NCBI RefSeq assembly: GCF_006345805.1
Contig: NC_042998.1
Location: 138,136,001-138,200,000 of the forward strand
Reading direction: 5' to 3'
Length of the DNA stretch: 64,000 nt
DNA from: Octopus sinensis
Lineage: Eukaryota
Notes under the pieces: generated by a model
Told to the model about the DNA's origin: nothing
Databases searched by the model: none
Seen by the model: only the letters and a program-made list of their open reading frames with translations
Position numbers and translations under genes: made by a program
Shown: piece after piece, positions 12,612 to 26,810 of the stretch
Layout of the letters: the number at the start of each line of letters is the position of its first letter
Numbering within the stretch: position 1 is the stretch's first letter

Positions 12612-12720
<109 letters not shown>

Positions 12721-12721
12721 C

Positions 12722-12853
12722 ACGACGGGTTTCTTTCAGTTTCCGTCTGCCAAATCCATTCAAAAGGCTTTGGTCGTCCAGAGGCAGTGAGATTGAACCC
12801 CGAAGAACGTGGTTAGGAAGCAAACTTCTTACCACGCCGTTACGCCTGCACCT
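12722..12853 (-). mobile_element. tRNA-derived SINE, working label family B, head fragment
   Basis: Minus AGGTGCAGGCGTAACGGCGTGGTAAGAAG...GGGTTCAATCTC...ACCAAAGCC...GGATTTGGCAGACGGAAACTGAAAGAAACCCGTCGT, homologous to 49292-49460. Confidence 0.75.
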
Positions 12854-13344
12854 TACTTATGATATTTTATATAATGTTAAAAATGTGTCACATAATCAGT
12901 TTGTTAAGAGCTGCAAGTAAATAATTCAGGAAATAGTATATGACTAGAAAGAAAGAACCGCAATGGAAAAGAGGAATATTAGGGGAAAGAGAAGTGCTAA
13001 GAAGGGGTATTAACGTGTTTATGAAAGATAAAAGTAAGATATATTGAAATCTATGGTGAAAGCATGCTGAACTAGATAGGAAGTACAACATTGGGAATAT
13101 ATAGAAAAAGAGTCTAACAATGGTTTAGTAGAATTAAAACAAATATTGATTGTGGAAACAGTTAAGGTTAAACAGTATGAATTACACGATAAGTCAGTGC
13201 AGACCGTAAAAACCGTATGTTTAATAATACTTTCAATACAAAACCAAATGAAAAGATTGTTCATACCTAAGACATGCTGTACTGTACTCAGTGGTGAAGT
13301 GAAAACATGCGATTAAAATAAGAGAACTGAATATAACGACGGCT

Positions 13345-13545
13345 TCGAATTTTGGTATGAGGCCAGCAATTTTGGGAAGAATGATTTACATCAGCCCCAG
13401 TGCCCAACTGGTATATATTTTATTGATCACGAAAAGATGTAAGGCAACGTCCACCTCGATGGAATTTGAGTTCAGAAAGCAAAGAGCGGGAAGAAACGCT
13501 ATTAAGCACTTTGTCCGGCGTACAAGCAATTCTACCAACTCCGCA
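13345..13545 (-). mobile_element. tRNA-derived SINE, working label family A
   Basis: Reverse-complement homology to 17891-18105, including the GAATTTGAGTTCAGAA B-box region. Confidence 0.7.
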
Positions 13546-13594
13546 CATTTGTGTTGAATCTAATAATCCTTTCTATTATTATAAGCGAAACGCC

Positions 13595-13763
13595 TGAAAT
13601 TTGGTCGATTACCTCGACCCAAGTGCTCAACTGGTACTTATTTTATCGACCCTTAAATGATGAAAGGCAAAATCGGCCCTGGCGGAATTAGAACTCAGAA
13701 CGTAAAAACGTGCGAAATGCAGCTGAGCATTTTGTCCGGCATACTAACTATTCTGCCAGCTCA
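13595..13763 (-). mobile_element. tRNA-derived SINE family A
   Basis: CTGGTACTTATTTTATCGACCC...GGCGGAATTAGAACTCAGAACGTAAA...ATTCTGCCAGCTC is the reverse of the family A head and body. Confidence 0.8.
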
Positions 13764-14108
13764 ATAGTGATCGTCCATCAGTAGACCCATTGGGCTACAC
13801 AGCATCCAGGATTGAGTCCGCCATTTTAAAAAGTATAAAATTATACGTTGGTATTGTAGCCTTGATTGTTTATAAATAATAGAGCAGAGATTGTAATATA
13901 TAATTAAAGTTAGATGCTTAAGTGAGTCGAAAGAAATCGGAAAGAAAGTCTTCAATAAAACCATTCATAACCAAGCATTATTTTGTTACATACACACAAA
14001 AGTAAATATTTGCAGTGGGAGATAGAGACATGACAACAGGAGAAATAGATATAGACAAATATGTTTGTGTATGTGTATGTATGCATATATATGTATATGT
14101 TCGTGCGC

Positions 14109-14172
<64 letters not shown>

Positions 14173-14756
14173 CACATTAATGGATGGACGTGTGTATTTC
14201 TGTGTGTATTCTGTACTTGTTTCAGTCGTTGCACTGAGGTAGGTTCGGCTTGGACACCACCTTAGAATGTTCAGTCTATTAAATCGACAGTGTTTTTTAA
14301 AACTCTGGTACATTTTCTATCGACCTGTTTTTGCCGAAGCTATAAGTTATGAGAATATAAAACAAGCCAATACCAATTGTTTAGCGGTGAGAGACAAACA
14401 CAAGCAGAAAAGAACCCCCACCACACATGCTTGCATACACGCATACTCACATATACGCATGCATACGTAAGCGTAATATGTTTGTATATTTTTACACATA
14501 TCATATCATCTCTGTAGAATGGATTCCCCGTTGACAGGCTGGTGATATCAAAATAAAGTGTTAAAAGATTATAGTATGTAAATTTGTTGCTCCAATTCAC
14601 TGAAGCTAGAAGTGATGTAGACACCTTTGATGAAATTCCAATAGGGATCGAGAATCCATTAATGCTGTTCACAGTTTTTCAGTCGACGGAAAATTTTGTA
14701 AATTTGATGTCTTTGTCTCGTGTTCACTACGTATATGCATATACATATATATATAT

Positions 14757-14821
<65 letters not shown>

Positions 14822-14894
14822 AGATATGTATGCATGCATGTATGTATGTATGTATGTATGTATGTATGTATGTATGTATGTATGTATGTATGTA

Positions 14895-15040
14895 TGTATG
14901 CTGCTGGCTTCCGCCCATCTTCTGCCTACCAACAACATTCACAAGACACTGGGGCGAACTTTCGTTATTAGAAGACAGTTACCTAACACTGAACCGGAAA
15001 CCGTGTGGTTGCGAACAAATTTCCTAACCAAAGAGCCATT
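14895..15040 (-). mobile_element. Decayed SINE family B-like head
   Basis: ACTGAACCGGAAACCGTGTGGTTGCGAACAAATTTCCTAACCA resembles the reverse of the family B head. Confidence 0.5.
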
Positions 15041-15106
15041 TCGGTGTGATTAAAAATTTATGCATGAATTTCTTAACTCACAGACATACACACATCTATA
15101 AGTGTA

Positions 15107-15153
<47 letters not shown>

Positions 15154-16367
15154 CGGATAGAGAGAGAGAAGCATATACAGACATACATACGTACGTACAT
15201 ACATACATACATACGTACGTACGTACATACATACATACATGCATGCATACATATATACATACATACGTACATAGATACATATATGGATAGAATTAGAGAG
15301 AGAGAGAGAGAAAAAGAGAGGAGGAAAGAGTGAAAATATACAGTACGCATGTATATCAGTAAGTGAAAGAAAATTTGAGAAATATTAAAAGCAGAAAATA
15401 ATATAAAAGGAATTTCAGACTATATACACAAACACAAGCCACAGAAAGACACAGCCATACACACAAACGCATATATAATCTTTCCTTCAGGGAAAAGTTC
15501 TATATGCGTGTATATGTATATGTATGAATATATAAGCAAGTAGAAACAAGAAAGAAAGCGAGTGAAGTGCGGGAGGGTGGAAGAAGGGTGGAGAGAATAA
15601 TAGAGAAGAAAACATATGAAGCGAGTTTTTGTTGGTTCGTTTTTCATTTTCCTTATAGAAAACGAAGGCAAAAAAATTTAGAGAGCCATTCGAAAAATGG
15701 AAAGTTTACAAATGTATGAATTAGTAATTAGATAAGTAAGCCAAGACACTGTCTCGCTGTCTCATGGAAAACATTTCAATAATTCTACTGACATTCTGCC
15801 TTTAAAACACGACTTTAATATCATTTAAAAAAACAGCAAAAACAGCCAAAGAGAAAGACCTATAGTGAAATAAAACAAAACGTGAAGAAACTAGAGCCAA
15901 AACGAGTGGGGAGGAAACAAAGCATTTAAACAGAGAAGGAGGAGATGGAGGAGAAGAAAGAGGAAGACGATGAATTTAAACATGAACAAAAACAACAACG
16001 ACAATGGAAAAAGAAGGATAACAGTCGTAACAAACGATGACAGCTATATTAAAATGGTGTCAAGAGAATATGTATTTTGAAATAACTGCTGTATAGATTG
16101 GTTTGTGACGATGAAGCTAGATAGTGGTTGCAGGAATTGGAAAATGAAAGACATACAGACACACTAATAAGAAAAATACAGTCAGATGTATATTACGCTT
16201 GTATCTAATACACATATACGCAACACATGTGTGAAGAAAAAGATGAATTGTAAGGGAGCTGAATAACGAGAATAAAGAAATAAGAATAAAGAATATAAAC
16301 AATATGTAAAATTCCACTTATAATGCGTGGGGACACGTGAAAACATACGCATATACGTACGCGTATA

Positions 16368-16400
<33 letters not shown>

Positions 16401-17329
16401 ATATCCATCTATATATCTATTTATCTATATGGTATATATATATATATATATATTTATGCGTATGTATGTATGTATGTATGTATGTATGTATGTATGTATG
16501 TATGCGTGTATGTATGCATATCCTGGTGAAAAGGATGGAGAAAGAATAAAAACCAAAATTGATTTTTAACGTACTTCCTTCAGTGTGTATGTGTGTGTGT
16601 GTGTGTGCGCGCGTATATTCCTGTTGAAAGTCCCAATTATCCGCCCTCACTATCTTTCGTAAATATTATTGTAGCCTCAAATAGTCTCAGGCAGCTATTT
16701 ATGCTTATTCTATCAGTGTGATATTCCAAGGTAGTGTACACGTTAGTGTAGGTGGTTAGCTCTTGGATGATCGATCTTATGATTCAGGTTCGATTTCTTC
16801 CCTATACCTATTCCACTTACACTACGAATAACTTCAAGGAAGCCATGAATGTCGCAAATACCCTTATCTTGAAGTAGGTAACACGAAATCACTTATTACT
16901 ACATACTTATGATTATGATAGGCCAAGCAATTTGTCTTTAGTACTGTGCTATCATTCGTGATCAAAAAAGGCAAAATAAAAGTGAAAAGGAAAAACGCCC
17001 AGTGTAATAAAGGCATTTGTTTAACCTTTGAGAAAGAAAATTATCAATGAAAAGAATGACCAATTCTACTGACCAATGAAGTTGCGAAAATGGATGCTGT
17101 AATATTAATGCGATTACCAAAGGAATTAATGGAATAAGTGAAGTAACTAGAATTAAGAACTACTGAACATAAGTTGCATACTCGGCTCACTAGAAGCTAC
17201 CACGTATCATATTTTTACCAGATCAATCTATGTATCAGTGAAGAGAAGGCAAAAATGAATGTGTTTAATAATAATACATCGAACTTTAACTACATTTATC
17301 GCAATCTTTTTCTATACCTGCGGATACGG

Positions 17330-17650
17330 GACAGGAGATCATGAAAGATCCATGCTAGGCATATTATTAAGATAGTATATTCAAAATGAGGTAATTCGAG
17401 AACAGGATCGAGTGAATGATGTGATCGCGGAGTACTAAAAGTGCAAGTTTCGCTGGGCTGGACATGCCGCAAGGATAACAGACAGCAAATAAGTGGAGCA
17501 GTAAAGTTGTCGGATGGTATACAAGAGATCAGAAGAAACTATTCGATAGACCTTCGAGACGATGAGAAGATAATATCATCATACAATTCTGGTCCAAATG
17601 AAAGAGAAATATGCAATCAAAGAAAGAACTGAAGTGCATTGTGTTCAATG
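17330..17650 (+). mobile_element. RTE-like LINE 3' fragment
   Basis: Plus translation IQNEVIREQDRVNDVIAEY*KCKFRWAGHAARITDSK, then (frameshift) WSSKVVGWYTRDQKK..DRPSRR. Confidence 0.65.
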
Positions 17651-17890
17651 ATATATAAAGACATGATAGTCTGGTCGATAAAAACACTAAAAACGATAGC
17701 GATCGTTAAGAAGAGCGTTACACAGTATACTTATTGGTTTTGCACAGAGGTATTAGGTGAAGACATTTGAATATATAGCTCATGGACATGAAGTTATAGG
17801 TTCAATTTCTGGCAATAATTTATCGACATAGAATAACAAAAGAACCAAAAATGAAAAATATTAATCCTTTTTAATATTATATGACATACT

Positions 17891-18105
17891 AGGCGGCGAG
17901 CTGGCAGAATCGTTAACACACTGGACAAAATTTTTAGCGACATTTCGTCTGTCTTTAAGTTCTGAGTTTAAATTCCGCCAAAGTCGACCTTTGCCTTTCA
18001 TCTTTTCAAGGTCGATAAAACAGTACCGGTCGAGTACTGGGGTCGATGTAATCGAATTACTCCTCTTAGAAAATTGCTGGCCTTGTACAAAAATTTGAAA
18101 CCAAT
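17891..18105 (+). mobile_element. tRNA-derived SINE family A
   Basis: AGGCGGCGAGCTGGCAGAATCGTTA (A-box-like), GAGTTTAAATTCC (B-box-like), body GTCGACCTTTGCCTTTCATC...GGGGTCGATGTAATCG...GGCCTTGTACAAAAATTTGAAAC. Confidence 0.85.
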
Positions 18106-18448
18106 ATCATATGATTCGTTCTAAAGGAAAAAAAGAGAGGAAGAGTTCAACCAAGGATGAAACAATCAATACAGATGAATATTAATATATATTTATTTAT
18201 ATTAATTTCCATTGCTATGAGGAATTCACCGAGCGGCTACAAGATCTAAAAGTAACAAGCAAATATGACTGTGAGGTCAAGAAATTTGCATCGTAAACAT
18301 AGTTCCGATTCGATTCCACTGCACGCAAAAGTTTGGTAAATATCTTCTATTTAGCCTCGATTAAACCAATGTCTTGTAAGTGAAATTTGGTTGACTGTGT
18401 ATGTATCTGTATATGTTTTTATACAGAAGTGAATATACAGTATGCGTT

Positions 18449-18500
<52 letters not shown>

Positions 18501-18600
18501 CACATATATATATATGCATACATGTATATATGTAAGTATATATATATGCATGTATATATGTATATATACATATATGTATATATGTATATATGTATATATG

Positions 18601-18678
<78 letters not shown>

Positions 18679-19033
18679 GTATATATGTAAATGAATGAAT
18701 GTATGTATAGCGACACGTTTGTGTATGTATTTACTTAATTATTGGGCTTAATGGTAGTCTAAATGTATACCTATATGTGTGTAAATGGTGTCAATTTATG
18801 CCTAGGACTGAGAAGGTATTGTCGTGCATCTTTGGTCTTTCATGTTCCAGTCTGTGGCATGGTGCTTTATGACTCTACTAAGATTTAGCATATCTGAGTA
18901 GAGGAACCACATAGACCGAGTCATTATCTTAACCGCTGCAATAATTGGCAGACTTCATTTTCTCCAGTCAGCAATTACAGAACGTTTAAGCTTACTCTTT
19001 CTTTTAATGTTGCTGTTACTAGTGTTATACTTT

Positions 19034-19215
19034 AAGGCGGCGAGCTTGCAAAATCGTTAACACGACGGACAAAATGCTGAGCGGCGTTTCACCTTTCATT
19101 CTTTCGGAGTCGATGAAATTAGTACCAATTGATTACTGGGGTCGAAGTCATCGACAAGACCTTTCCTTCAAAACTTCAATGCGACGGTCTTTCTATAGTA
19201 GGAACAATTACCGTT
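19034..19215 (+). mobile_element. tRNA-derived SINE family A, internally deleted
   Basis: AAGGCGGCGAGCTTGCAAAATCGTTAACACG head and GGGGTCGAAGTCATCGAC body. Confidence 0.75.
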
Positions 19216-19762
19216 ATCTTTATTAATTTTTATTTTTCTATATTAATTTTATTCTTTATTTCTTTCTTTTACTTTTTTCCTTATTTTTGCACCTTCCTCT
19301 CCCTCTTTATGTATAAAGTCTTCTATTTTCTTTTCCTCCCTTTCCTTCTCTTTTTACTCTTCTCTATATAAAGGCCATTTTGATTTTGTAACTCATATTT
19401 CACAACATTCTTTATAATGTGATTTGTACGTCCTGTCTGAAACATCTCTGATATTGTCTGTAGTTATTCTTTCAAATAGTTTTTGTTCTCTTCATTCGTT
19501 ACGGCTTATTTCACGATATACGCAACAGTGTACATAGAAAAGCATTTAACACGTGAAATTTCAGTATCTAACGCAATTTAATATATTTATGGTTATTATT
19601 TTTTTTTTGCTTTCTCAATACGTGTGTTTGTGCGCGTGTAATGAACAGTGTGTTACATTAGCTGTGAGTTTAGGGCTCAGTAATCGGTTCCACATTATCC
19701 TGCGAGCTATGAATTGTATCATGAAACCGGAGAAATGGATAAAGTGCAGGGTTCGAATAACA

Positions 19763-19970
19763 CATCTATTATATAAAATCCGTTCTGTCTGTCTGTGTGT
19801 GTGTCTTCTAGGATCTCGGGCATCCTCCATCCGATTGCGCTCAAATTTGATATGTAGATACCGACGGTATTAGCGCGTGTATAAGTCATGAAAAAATTAC
19901 AAAAATCGATTCCAGGTGAGAATGCGATCGATAAAGCCGTGGGAAAAGCCGTGGGAACGTGCAATTGTAA
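19763..19970 (+). mobile_element. Helitron-like non-autonomous element 5' part
   Basis: A|TCTATTATATAAAAT start, (CTGT)n, and CCGATTGCGCTCAAATTTG motif typical of non-autonomous Helitrons. No 3' CTAG end found. Confidence 0.45.
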
Positions 19971-20649
19971 AATCGTTTTTCTTGGAATACAAAAAATGTC
20001 TTTCTTTATTTCTTCCTTTGCTGGTGTCTCAAATTTAGGTTAAATCAGTGTTTCTCAAAGGGAAGGCCTATGGAACGGTCGGACAAGTTGTTTTGAGAAA
20101 ATTTGGTTTAAATGTTTTACAACTCAGCACCGTCCATTGGACGGGGGGGGGGCGTTTTGCTCGTATTACATATAAATGAAAGAAAACACAGAGGGAAGGG
20201 AGCATAGATTTACGATATTAGTAATGTTGTTGTCAATGACATATCAGTTATGATACTTTTAAAGATAGCAGTGTATGAGTTGAAGAAGTTTGACTGCTAT
20301 TTCTAGCTGAAGGTTGATCAAGCACGAAGGGGGCTTCTTCAATTGATAGGTATACATTATTTAAAGGAAAAATTCCTTTCTTTTATGAGTTGGCATTGAT
20401 AAAGGAGTAAATAATGTTTTTGTCAATGAATTAAAATGAAGTTTTAAAACTCTTGAAAGGTTTGTTTCTATGTTTTTAGTTCAATTACCTGCAGTTTAAT
20501 GACAACGATTTATTGTTTGTTTTTTTTTAAAACTCCGGTATGACTTGATGACAGCTATTTCATTAAATACTAAATAATGCTTACAAAACAGTTGACATTT
20601 TATGTGAGGAGATTGCTGCGGTTACTCCTGCTTCTACTGATGAAAATGA

Positions 20650-20816
20650 TGATGGTGATGATGATTTCTTAATAACAATGTTCTTCTTCTTCATCATACT
20701 CTTCTTCTTCTTCTTCTTCTTCTTCTTCTTCTTCTTCTTCTTCTTCTTCTTCTTCTTCTTCTTCTTCTTCTTCTTCTTCTTCTTCTTTTTTTTTTTCTTC
20801 TTCTTCTTCTTCTTCT

Positions 20817-20850
<34 letters not shown>

Positions 20851-21116
20851 TCTTCTTCTTCTTCTTCTTCTTCTTCTTCTTCTTCTTCTTCTTTGTAATT
20901 AATAATTTTATTATTATCACCATAGGGATTGAGATCATGATGACAACAGAGATATCATCATCGTCATCGTCGTCGTCGTCGTCGTCATCATCATCACCAC
21001 CATCATCATCATCATCACGACGTTATTAATAATTTGTTGACAACAGCAATAATAAGGACAATAACACCACTTAAGCTGCCAGAGCTGTTGCTGCTGACCC
21101 TGCTGTTGTTATTAAC

Positions 21117-21159
<43 letters not shown>

Positions 21160-21200
21160 GCGACGACGACGACGACGACGTATAAGACAACGAATAAGAA
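20650..21200. repeat. Compound trinucleotide microsatellites (CTT)n, (CAT)n, (GAT)n, (GAC)n
   Basis: Direct reading; gives the poly-E/K/F/M ORFs. Confidence 0.95.
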
Positions 21201-21259
21201 ATGTCTAAAATATCACACTGACATATGATAGCTGTTATCGTTTGATGCCTATTTTAGAA

Positions 21260-21905
21260 ATGAAATCGGTTGCGGAATGGCACAAACAGTAGAGATAGAT
21301 TCTGAGCTCAAAATCTAAGCCTAACTTTGCTTTTCATCCTTTCGAGGTTGATTAAAGTAAAGTACCAGTCATATACAGCGGTCATTTAATCGACTATGCT
21401 TTCACCTTATAAATATCTGAGAAATGAATAAAATTCTATGTTTATTCTTCTTTATGTTCAAATCCCGACAAGGTTAACTTTGCCTTTCATCCTTTCGGGT
21501 TTGATAAAGTGAAGTACCAATCAAATACTTTGGTCATTTAATCGTAATAAACTTGCTTTGTGACTATCTTAGTAATCAATGCGTTATTAAGTTAAAGCAC
21601 TCTATGTTCTAAGATCAATCAGGCCAATGACTCGTCACAACGGAATCAACAAAATAACGTCCTTGTCAAATACCGGGGTCGAGTTAATCGATTAATTTTC
21701 TCCTCCAAATTTCAGGCCTTGTGTATATTTTAGAAACTAATGGTTGTTGTTTGGCAGAATCGTTAGAGCGTCGGAGAAATTGCCCTCCGATTTTTGTTCC
21801 GTCTTTTTACCTACTGCGCTCAAATCCCTTGGAGGTTAAATTGCCTTTCATCTTTTCGGGGCTGAAAAGTTATGTACCAGCTGGTCTTCAACCAAAATTT
21901 GAAAG
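21260..21905 (+). mobile_element. Cluster of decayed SINE family A fragments
   Basis: Repeated TTGC(C/T)TTTCATCCTTTCG(A/G)GG...TAAAGT..AGTACCA motifs at about 21330, 21480 and 21840; head TTGGCAGAATCGTTAG at 21751. Confidence 0.7.
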
Positions 21906-22003
21906 CGTTTTTATTATCTCTATTCATTAATGTATCCTGTAATAGTTATATGATGATGATAATAATAATAATAATAATAATATAATAATAATAATAATAA
22001 TAA

Positions 22004-22034
<31 letters not shown>

Positions 22035-22053
22035 AAGAAAAAAAAGAAGAAGA

Positions 22054-22146
22054 AAAGGTGGGAGAGGTTTGATCAGTTGCCAAGACTGTATTGAAGCAGA
22101 GGAAAACAGCCTAGGGTGGTATATAAAAAATGCTGTGGAACCACTG
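22054..22146 (+). mobile_element. Isolated internal fragment of R4/Dong ORF
   Basis: Translates KGGRGLISCQDCIEAEENSLGWYIKNAVEPL, matching copy 3 KGGRGLMSYLNFIKSEENSLWWYIKNAVEPL. Confidence 0.75.
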
Positions 22147-22148
22147 AT

Positions 22149-22191
<43 letters not shown>

Positions 22192-22529
22192 TATATATAT
22201 ACCCTCACGGCATTAAACAAATATAGCCCGCACGGAAAAAATAGGGGTGGATATTAGTTTTTTGTTTGTTTCTTTGTCCCGTTTGACTACATTTATTTGT
22301 TTATAATTGTAGAAGCGGTGCTCCATCAAATTGTCTATGCTAACAGATAAGACCCGGAACCTAGTTATAACACGAAAGTTTTAATGACAAAGCGGTTGGA
22401 ATCAACCTATGTCCTGATCGATGATACATCTAGTGATGGTGTCACAGTAAAAACACTGGTAACTGCGCAACCTGATAATCGCTACCTCATATGAGTGACA
22501 ATGAAAAAACAAAATATTGTGAATAACGG

Positions 22530-23470
22530 TGATAATGAAACTGAAGTCCTTGATGGTGACAGTGTTGCATCCCGCAGGCTTAGAGATACTGGTCCGGCTC
22601 CAGCCTCTTGTTATCCACCAATGGACCAGCACATACGGCGTAGATGAAACAAACAAGTCAATGCTGTGGTCATGGAGTGTTACTACCTGAGCAACCCTGT
22701 ACACGAAAATTGTGCTCATATTAGGGGATACCGACAACGTATGTATGATCAATGGAGAGAACGGACGATTGTTACAACTCACAGAACAGAGATTATGTGA
22801 TCAAGCTAGAGCAATAAGAAAACATCGATGGTTCACAGAAGTAGAGCTCGAAGCTATCAAAAGACGGGTATTGGAAAACAGTAGTAAAGAAAACGATGAA
22901 AATACAGTTCTTACGGATAAAAGTAATCTCAGCAGAAAACAGAGGTGAAATCTGTAATAAACTACAGTGATAGCTTGTTCGATGAAAGGCATATAGATGA
23001 CCTCAAACATTATGGTAAAGATGAAGATGAATCCCAAGTCAGTTCCCTCGTTGATACGGTGTATACTATATGAGAATGGAGTTCGGAATGAAAAAGTGTG
23101 GTGTATTAGTCTTGAAGAGAGGTAAAATCAAATGTATGGACGGGCTAGCGATACCGTCGGTGGAGGTTGTGAATCAAATAGAAGAGATGGGCTATAAGTA
23201 CATGGAGATATTGAAAATAGATTAATTGATGGAGAAAGAAATGACAGAAAAATTTAAGGTGGGGTACTTGCGCAGACTGCGGCTGATCCTTAAGTCGAAA
23301 TTAAACGAACGGAATAAGATTGAAGCTTTCAACACCTCGGCGGTTTCACTCCTTAGATGTGGAGCAGAGCTAATCGCATGGACAGAAGACAAACTAAACA
23401 ACATAGACAGAAGGACAATGAAGTTGCATACTAGAAATGGGTTATTCCACCCCAAAATGACGCATACAGA
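22530..23470 (+). mobile_element. R4/Dong-clade element, internally deleted (N-terminal domain fused to late RT)
   Basis: KQVNAVVMECYYLSNP, EQRLCDQARAIRKHRWFTEVELEAIKRR, then IDDLKHYG, EFGMKKCG, GYKY, YLRRLRLILKSKLN. Confidence 0.8.
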
Positions 23471-23471
23471 C

Positions 23472-23951
23472 TGCAATACCAGGCAGTGGTTCTCATGGCT
23501 TCTGATCTTAACTGATTGAAAGTGTTATTATGTACATTGTTTTGTCTTGGTATAAAAGATGGGCCATGGTAAATATTCTGCTCGATACCACAGATTTGCT
23601 TCTTAGTTGTTTGACCTTAACCAGTTGAGCATGTCTCTTGGTGGTTGAAAATATGTGCATATTTGATCATGAGCAGAAGTAGTGGGTGAGCATCATACCC
23701 ATGTGTTGAGAGGAATTCTTTGGAGTTTGAATAATTCACCTTTGGAAACATGGGTGTTTCGTTCATCATCCTTACTCAGGGACCTGTGCTCCACCTGCAA
23801 GGTCATGCGCAGTTTATCTTGATATGAAAGATATCGCGCACATATGGTTATGATGCATGTGCCTTATCAGTGTGTTAGTCATGATGGGCATATTGGGCTT
23901 CGTATAATTGCACCCAGTGTCATTTTGATGGCATGTGCTGCTCTCTCACGC
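23472..23951 (+). mobile_element. Non-coding TAA-tailed repeat element, copy X
   Basis: Homologous to the reverse complement of 27333-27889. Ends GCTCTCTCACGC followed by (GAT)n/(TAA)n. Confidence 0.8.
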
Positions 23952-23988
23952 AATGATGATGATTATGATGATGATGAGGATAATGATG

Positions 23989-24097
<109 letters not shown>

Positions 24098-24915
24098 AAT
24101 GATGATGATGATGATGATGATGATAATTTATATTGATTTTATTCTTATTGTTGTTAATGATGATGGGGCTGTGGGTTTTATGAATTTATTAAAGAGAAAA
24201 CAATCACATGATTGACAGTCAATAGTAAATTCAGTAAATATTAGAAAAAGCGAGTAAACAGTAATAACCCTTTATGTTAAAAAGACCTCTCCAAGGGAAG
24301 CTACATTGTAAAACATTCCTATCTTTAATTTGTTCATACAAAGCTGCATTGCCGTCGTCGCTGTTGCTTATTTTGTATACTGCAAATTCCTTTCTCAAGC
24401 AATCCACCAATCAAAAATAATAGTTTGAAAATAAATAAATAAATAAATACGATCGTTTGAAAATTTCATATATGCAAATGACGGTAAAAAAATACAATGA
24501 TTGCTCAACGGGATTTACTTTGAAAAATACTCCTACCTTTGCAGGCAGTTTGTATGTTGATGTGTGTTTGTGTTCCTTTATAAATGTATACAAATATAAT
24601 ACAAAACACGGAAAGCAGTTTATTTTTTCTTGATCTGTGTTTGCTAGTATTTTCGGGAAATGATTGAAAGACGCAACATTGCATTCCAGATATGCATATG
24701 CATGCATATGCACGTGCGCACACATACACACAGATTCAGACACACATACATGCAATGTAGATTATTTCATGGTGGACGGATTAGGGACAAGTACCTCAGA
24801 TTTTACGCCACTACTATTGTTCCTCATGAACATCACCCTTTCTCCTGAATATCGCAGTGGTGTGAAATACGAATAGTGAGGCAAACTTTCATTTTCAAAT
24901 TCAATACATAAATTT

Positions 24916-24953
<38 letters not shown>

Positions 24954-25611
24954 CACACATACATACACACACACAAAAATATAACATATACATATGTACA
25001 TACATACATATTCCATATGTATGTACACACATACACACACACTTACAGGCATGCACGCACACACACACATGCACACACACACATCAACAGACAAACACAC
25101 AAACACACACCGGCATGTGTATATAAACATTTTATTTTGTTTTATATTCCTAGAGAATACGCGCAGTTATCTGTACATGAAACTGACTGTATATAAAGTT
25201 ATAATTATCACATACATATATGTGTGTACGCGCATGTGTGTGTGCTGTATGCATATGCGTATGTATGTGTATGCATTCAAGCACGTATATTTACTTACAT
25301 ATATACTAACATATTTATATGCACATTACATATGTATGCATACACAGAGTTCCTGGTGAAATCAGAAGACGCAATTCCTGGGTGAATCAAAACGGTGGTG
25401 GCGACATCTGGAGCCCAATCGAATTTTAAATAAAACCTCATACTAAAAGCTTTCTCCTCATATTAATTTTTTCTGTAAAAATTTCGATTAATAACTAATT
25501 TATAAGTATTTCAAAATAGGCAGTTACTTTTAAATCATCCTATATATAGAAATATAAATATATATATATATGTGTACGCACACACACACACACACACACC
25601 ACACACCATAC

Positions 25612-25659
<48 letters not shown>

Positions 25660-26304
25660 AAAATAGTAAGGAGTGAAACAACGACAGAAGGCTTAAATGT
25701 TAAAAAATATATATATTTGTCAAAATGTCTGGAGAATATTGGAAAAATTTTTATATATCTATCTATATATATATATATATATATAATAACCCAATTTCAT
25801 CCGGGTCTACTCGGGCCACATTTTAAAGATGAAGAACTTTGCCCTAGAGGCCACGCCTTTCAATTGAGCAAACTCAATTGAAAGGGCCATGCAAATGCCC
25901 CAATAATTTTAACATAGGTGTGCAAATTTTCAGGTCAATCCGACCACATTTACTAACAATTTTGCCTGCACAACTGCTTGTGAAATAACGCCTGCCATTT
26001 TCACAAATATATAGTAGATGGTTCACTTCCTGCGCTGGCAACCCTTCGCTAACGAAGAAGAGGTCGAAGCTTCAGTCAAGAAGTGTGTGTGTGCATGTGC
26101 GTGTGTGTGATGCGCGCACGTGTATTAATATATGCTTAAAGTTTTGTATAAGTGTGCAGAAAGTGTACAGCTAATAGAATATATTTCAACGTCAAGTCCT
26201 TTTCATCGAAACGACGAAAGTAAATTTATGGATTCTTGCTTTTTTAAACATAAATTCAACATAAAATTCCATCAATAATGTAGGGAAACTTTTAAGTAAA
26301 AGAT

Positions 26305-26532
<228 letters not shown>

Positions 26533-26755
26533 CATTCACCCAGAAATATTATTTCATAAATATGTGTACATATATACATACGATCATACACATATATATA
26601 TATATATATATATTATGTCCATATATACACGCACACACATATATAGCGTATATATACATATATACACACACAAGCATGCACACACACACACGCGCGCGCA
26701 CACATGCACACATATACACAAGCGCGCGCGCAGACACACACGCATATATATATAT

Positions 26756-26810
<55 letters not shown>

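Noticed and set aside
20044-20150. CAGTGTTTCTCAA Charlie-like TIR
   Set aside because: No partner TIR or TSD found.
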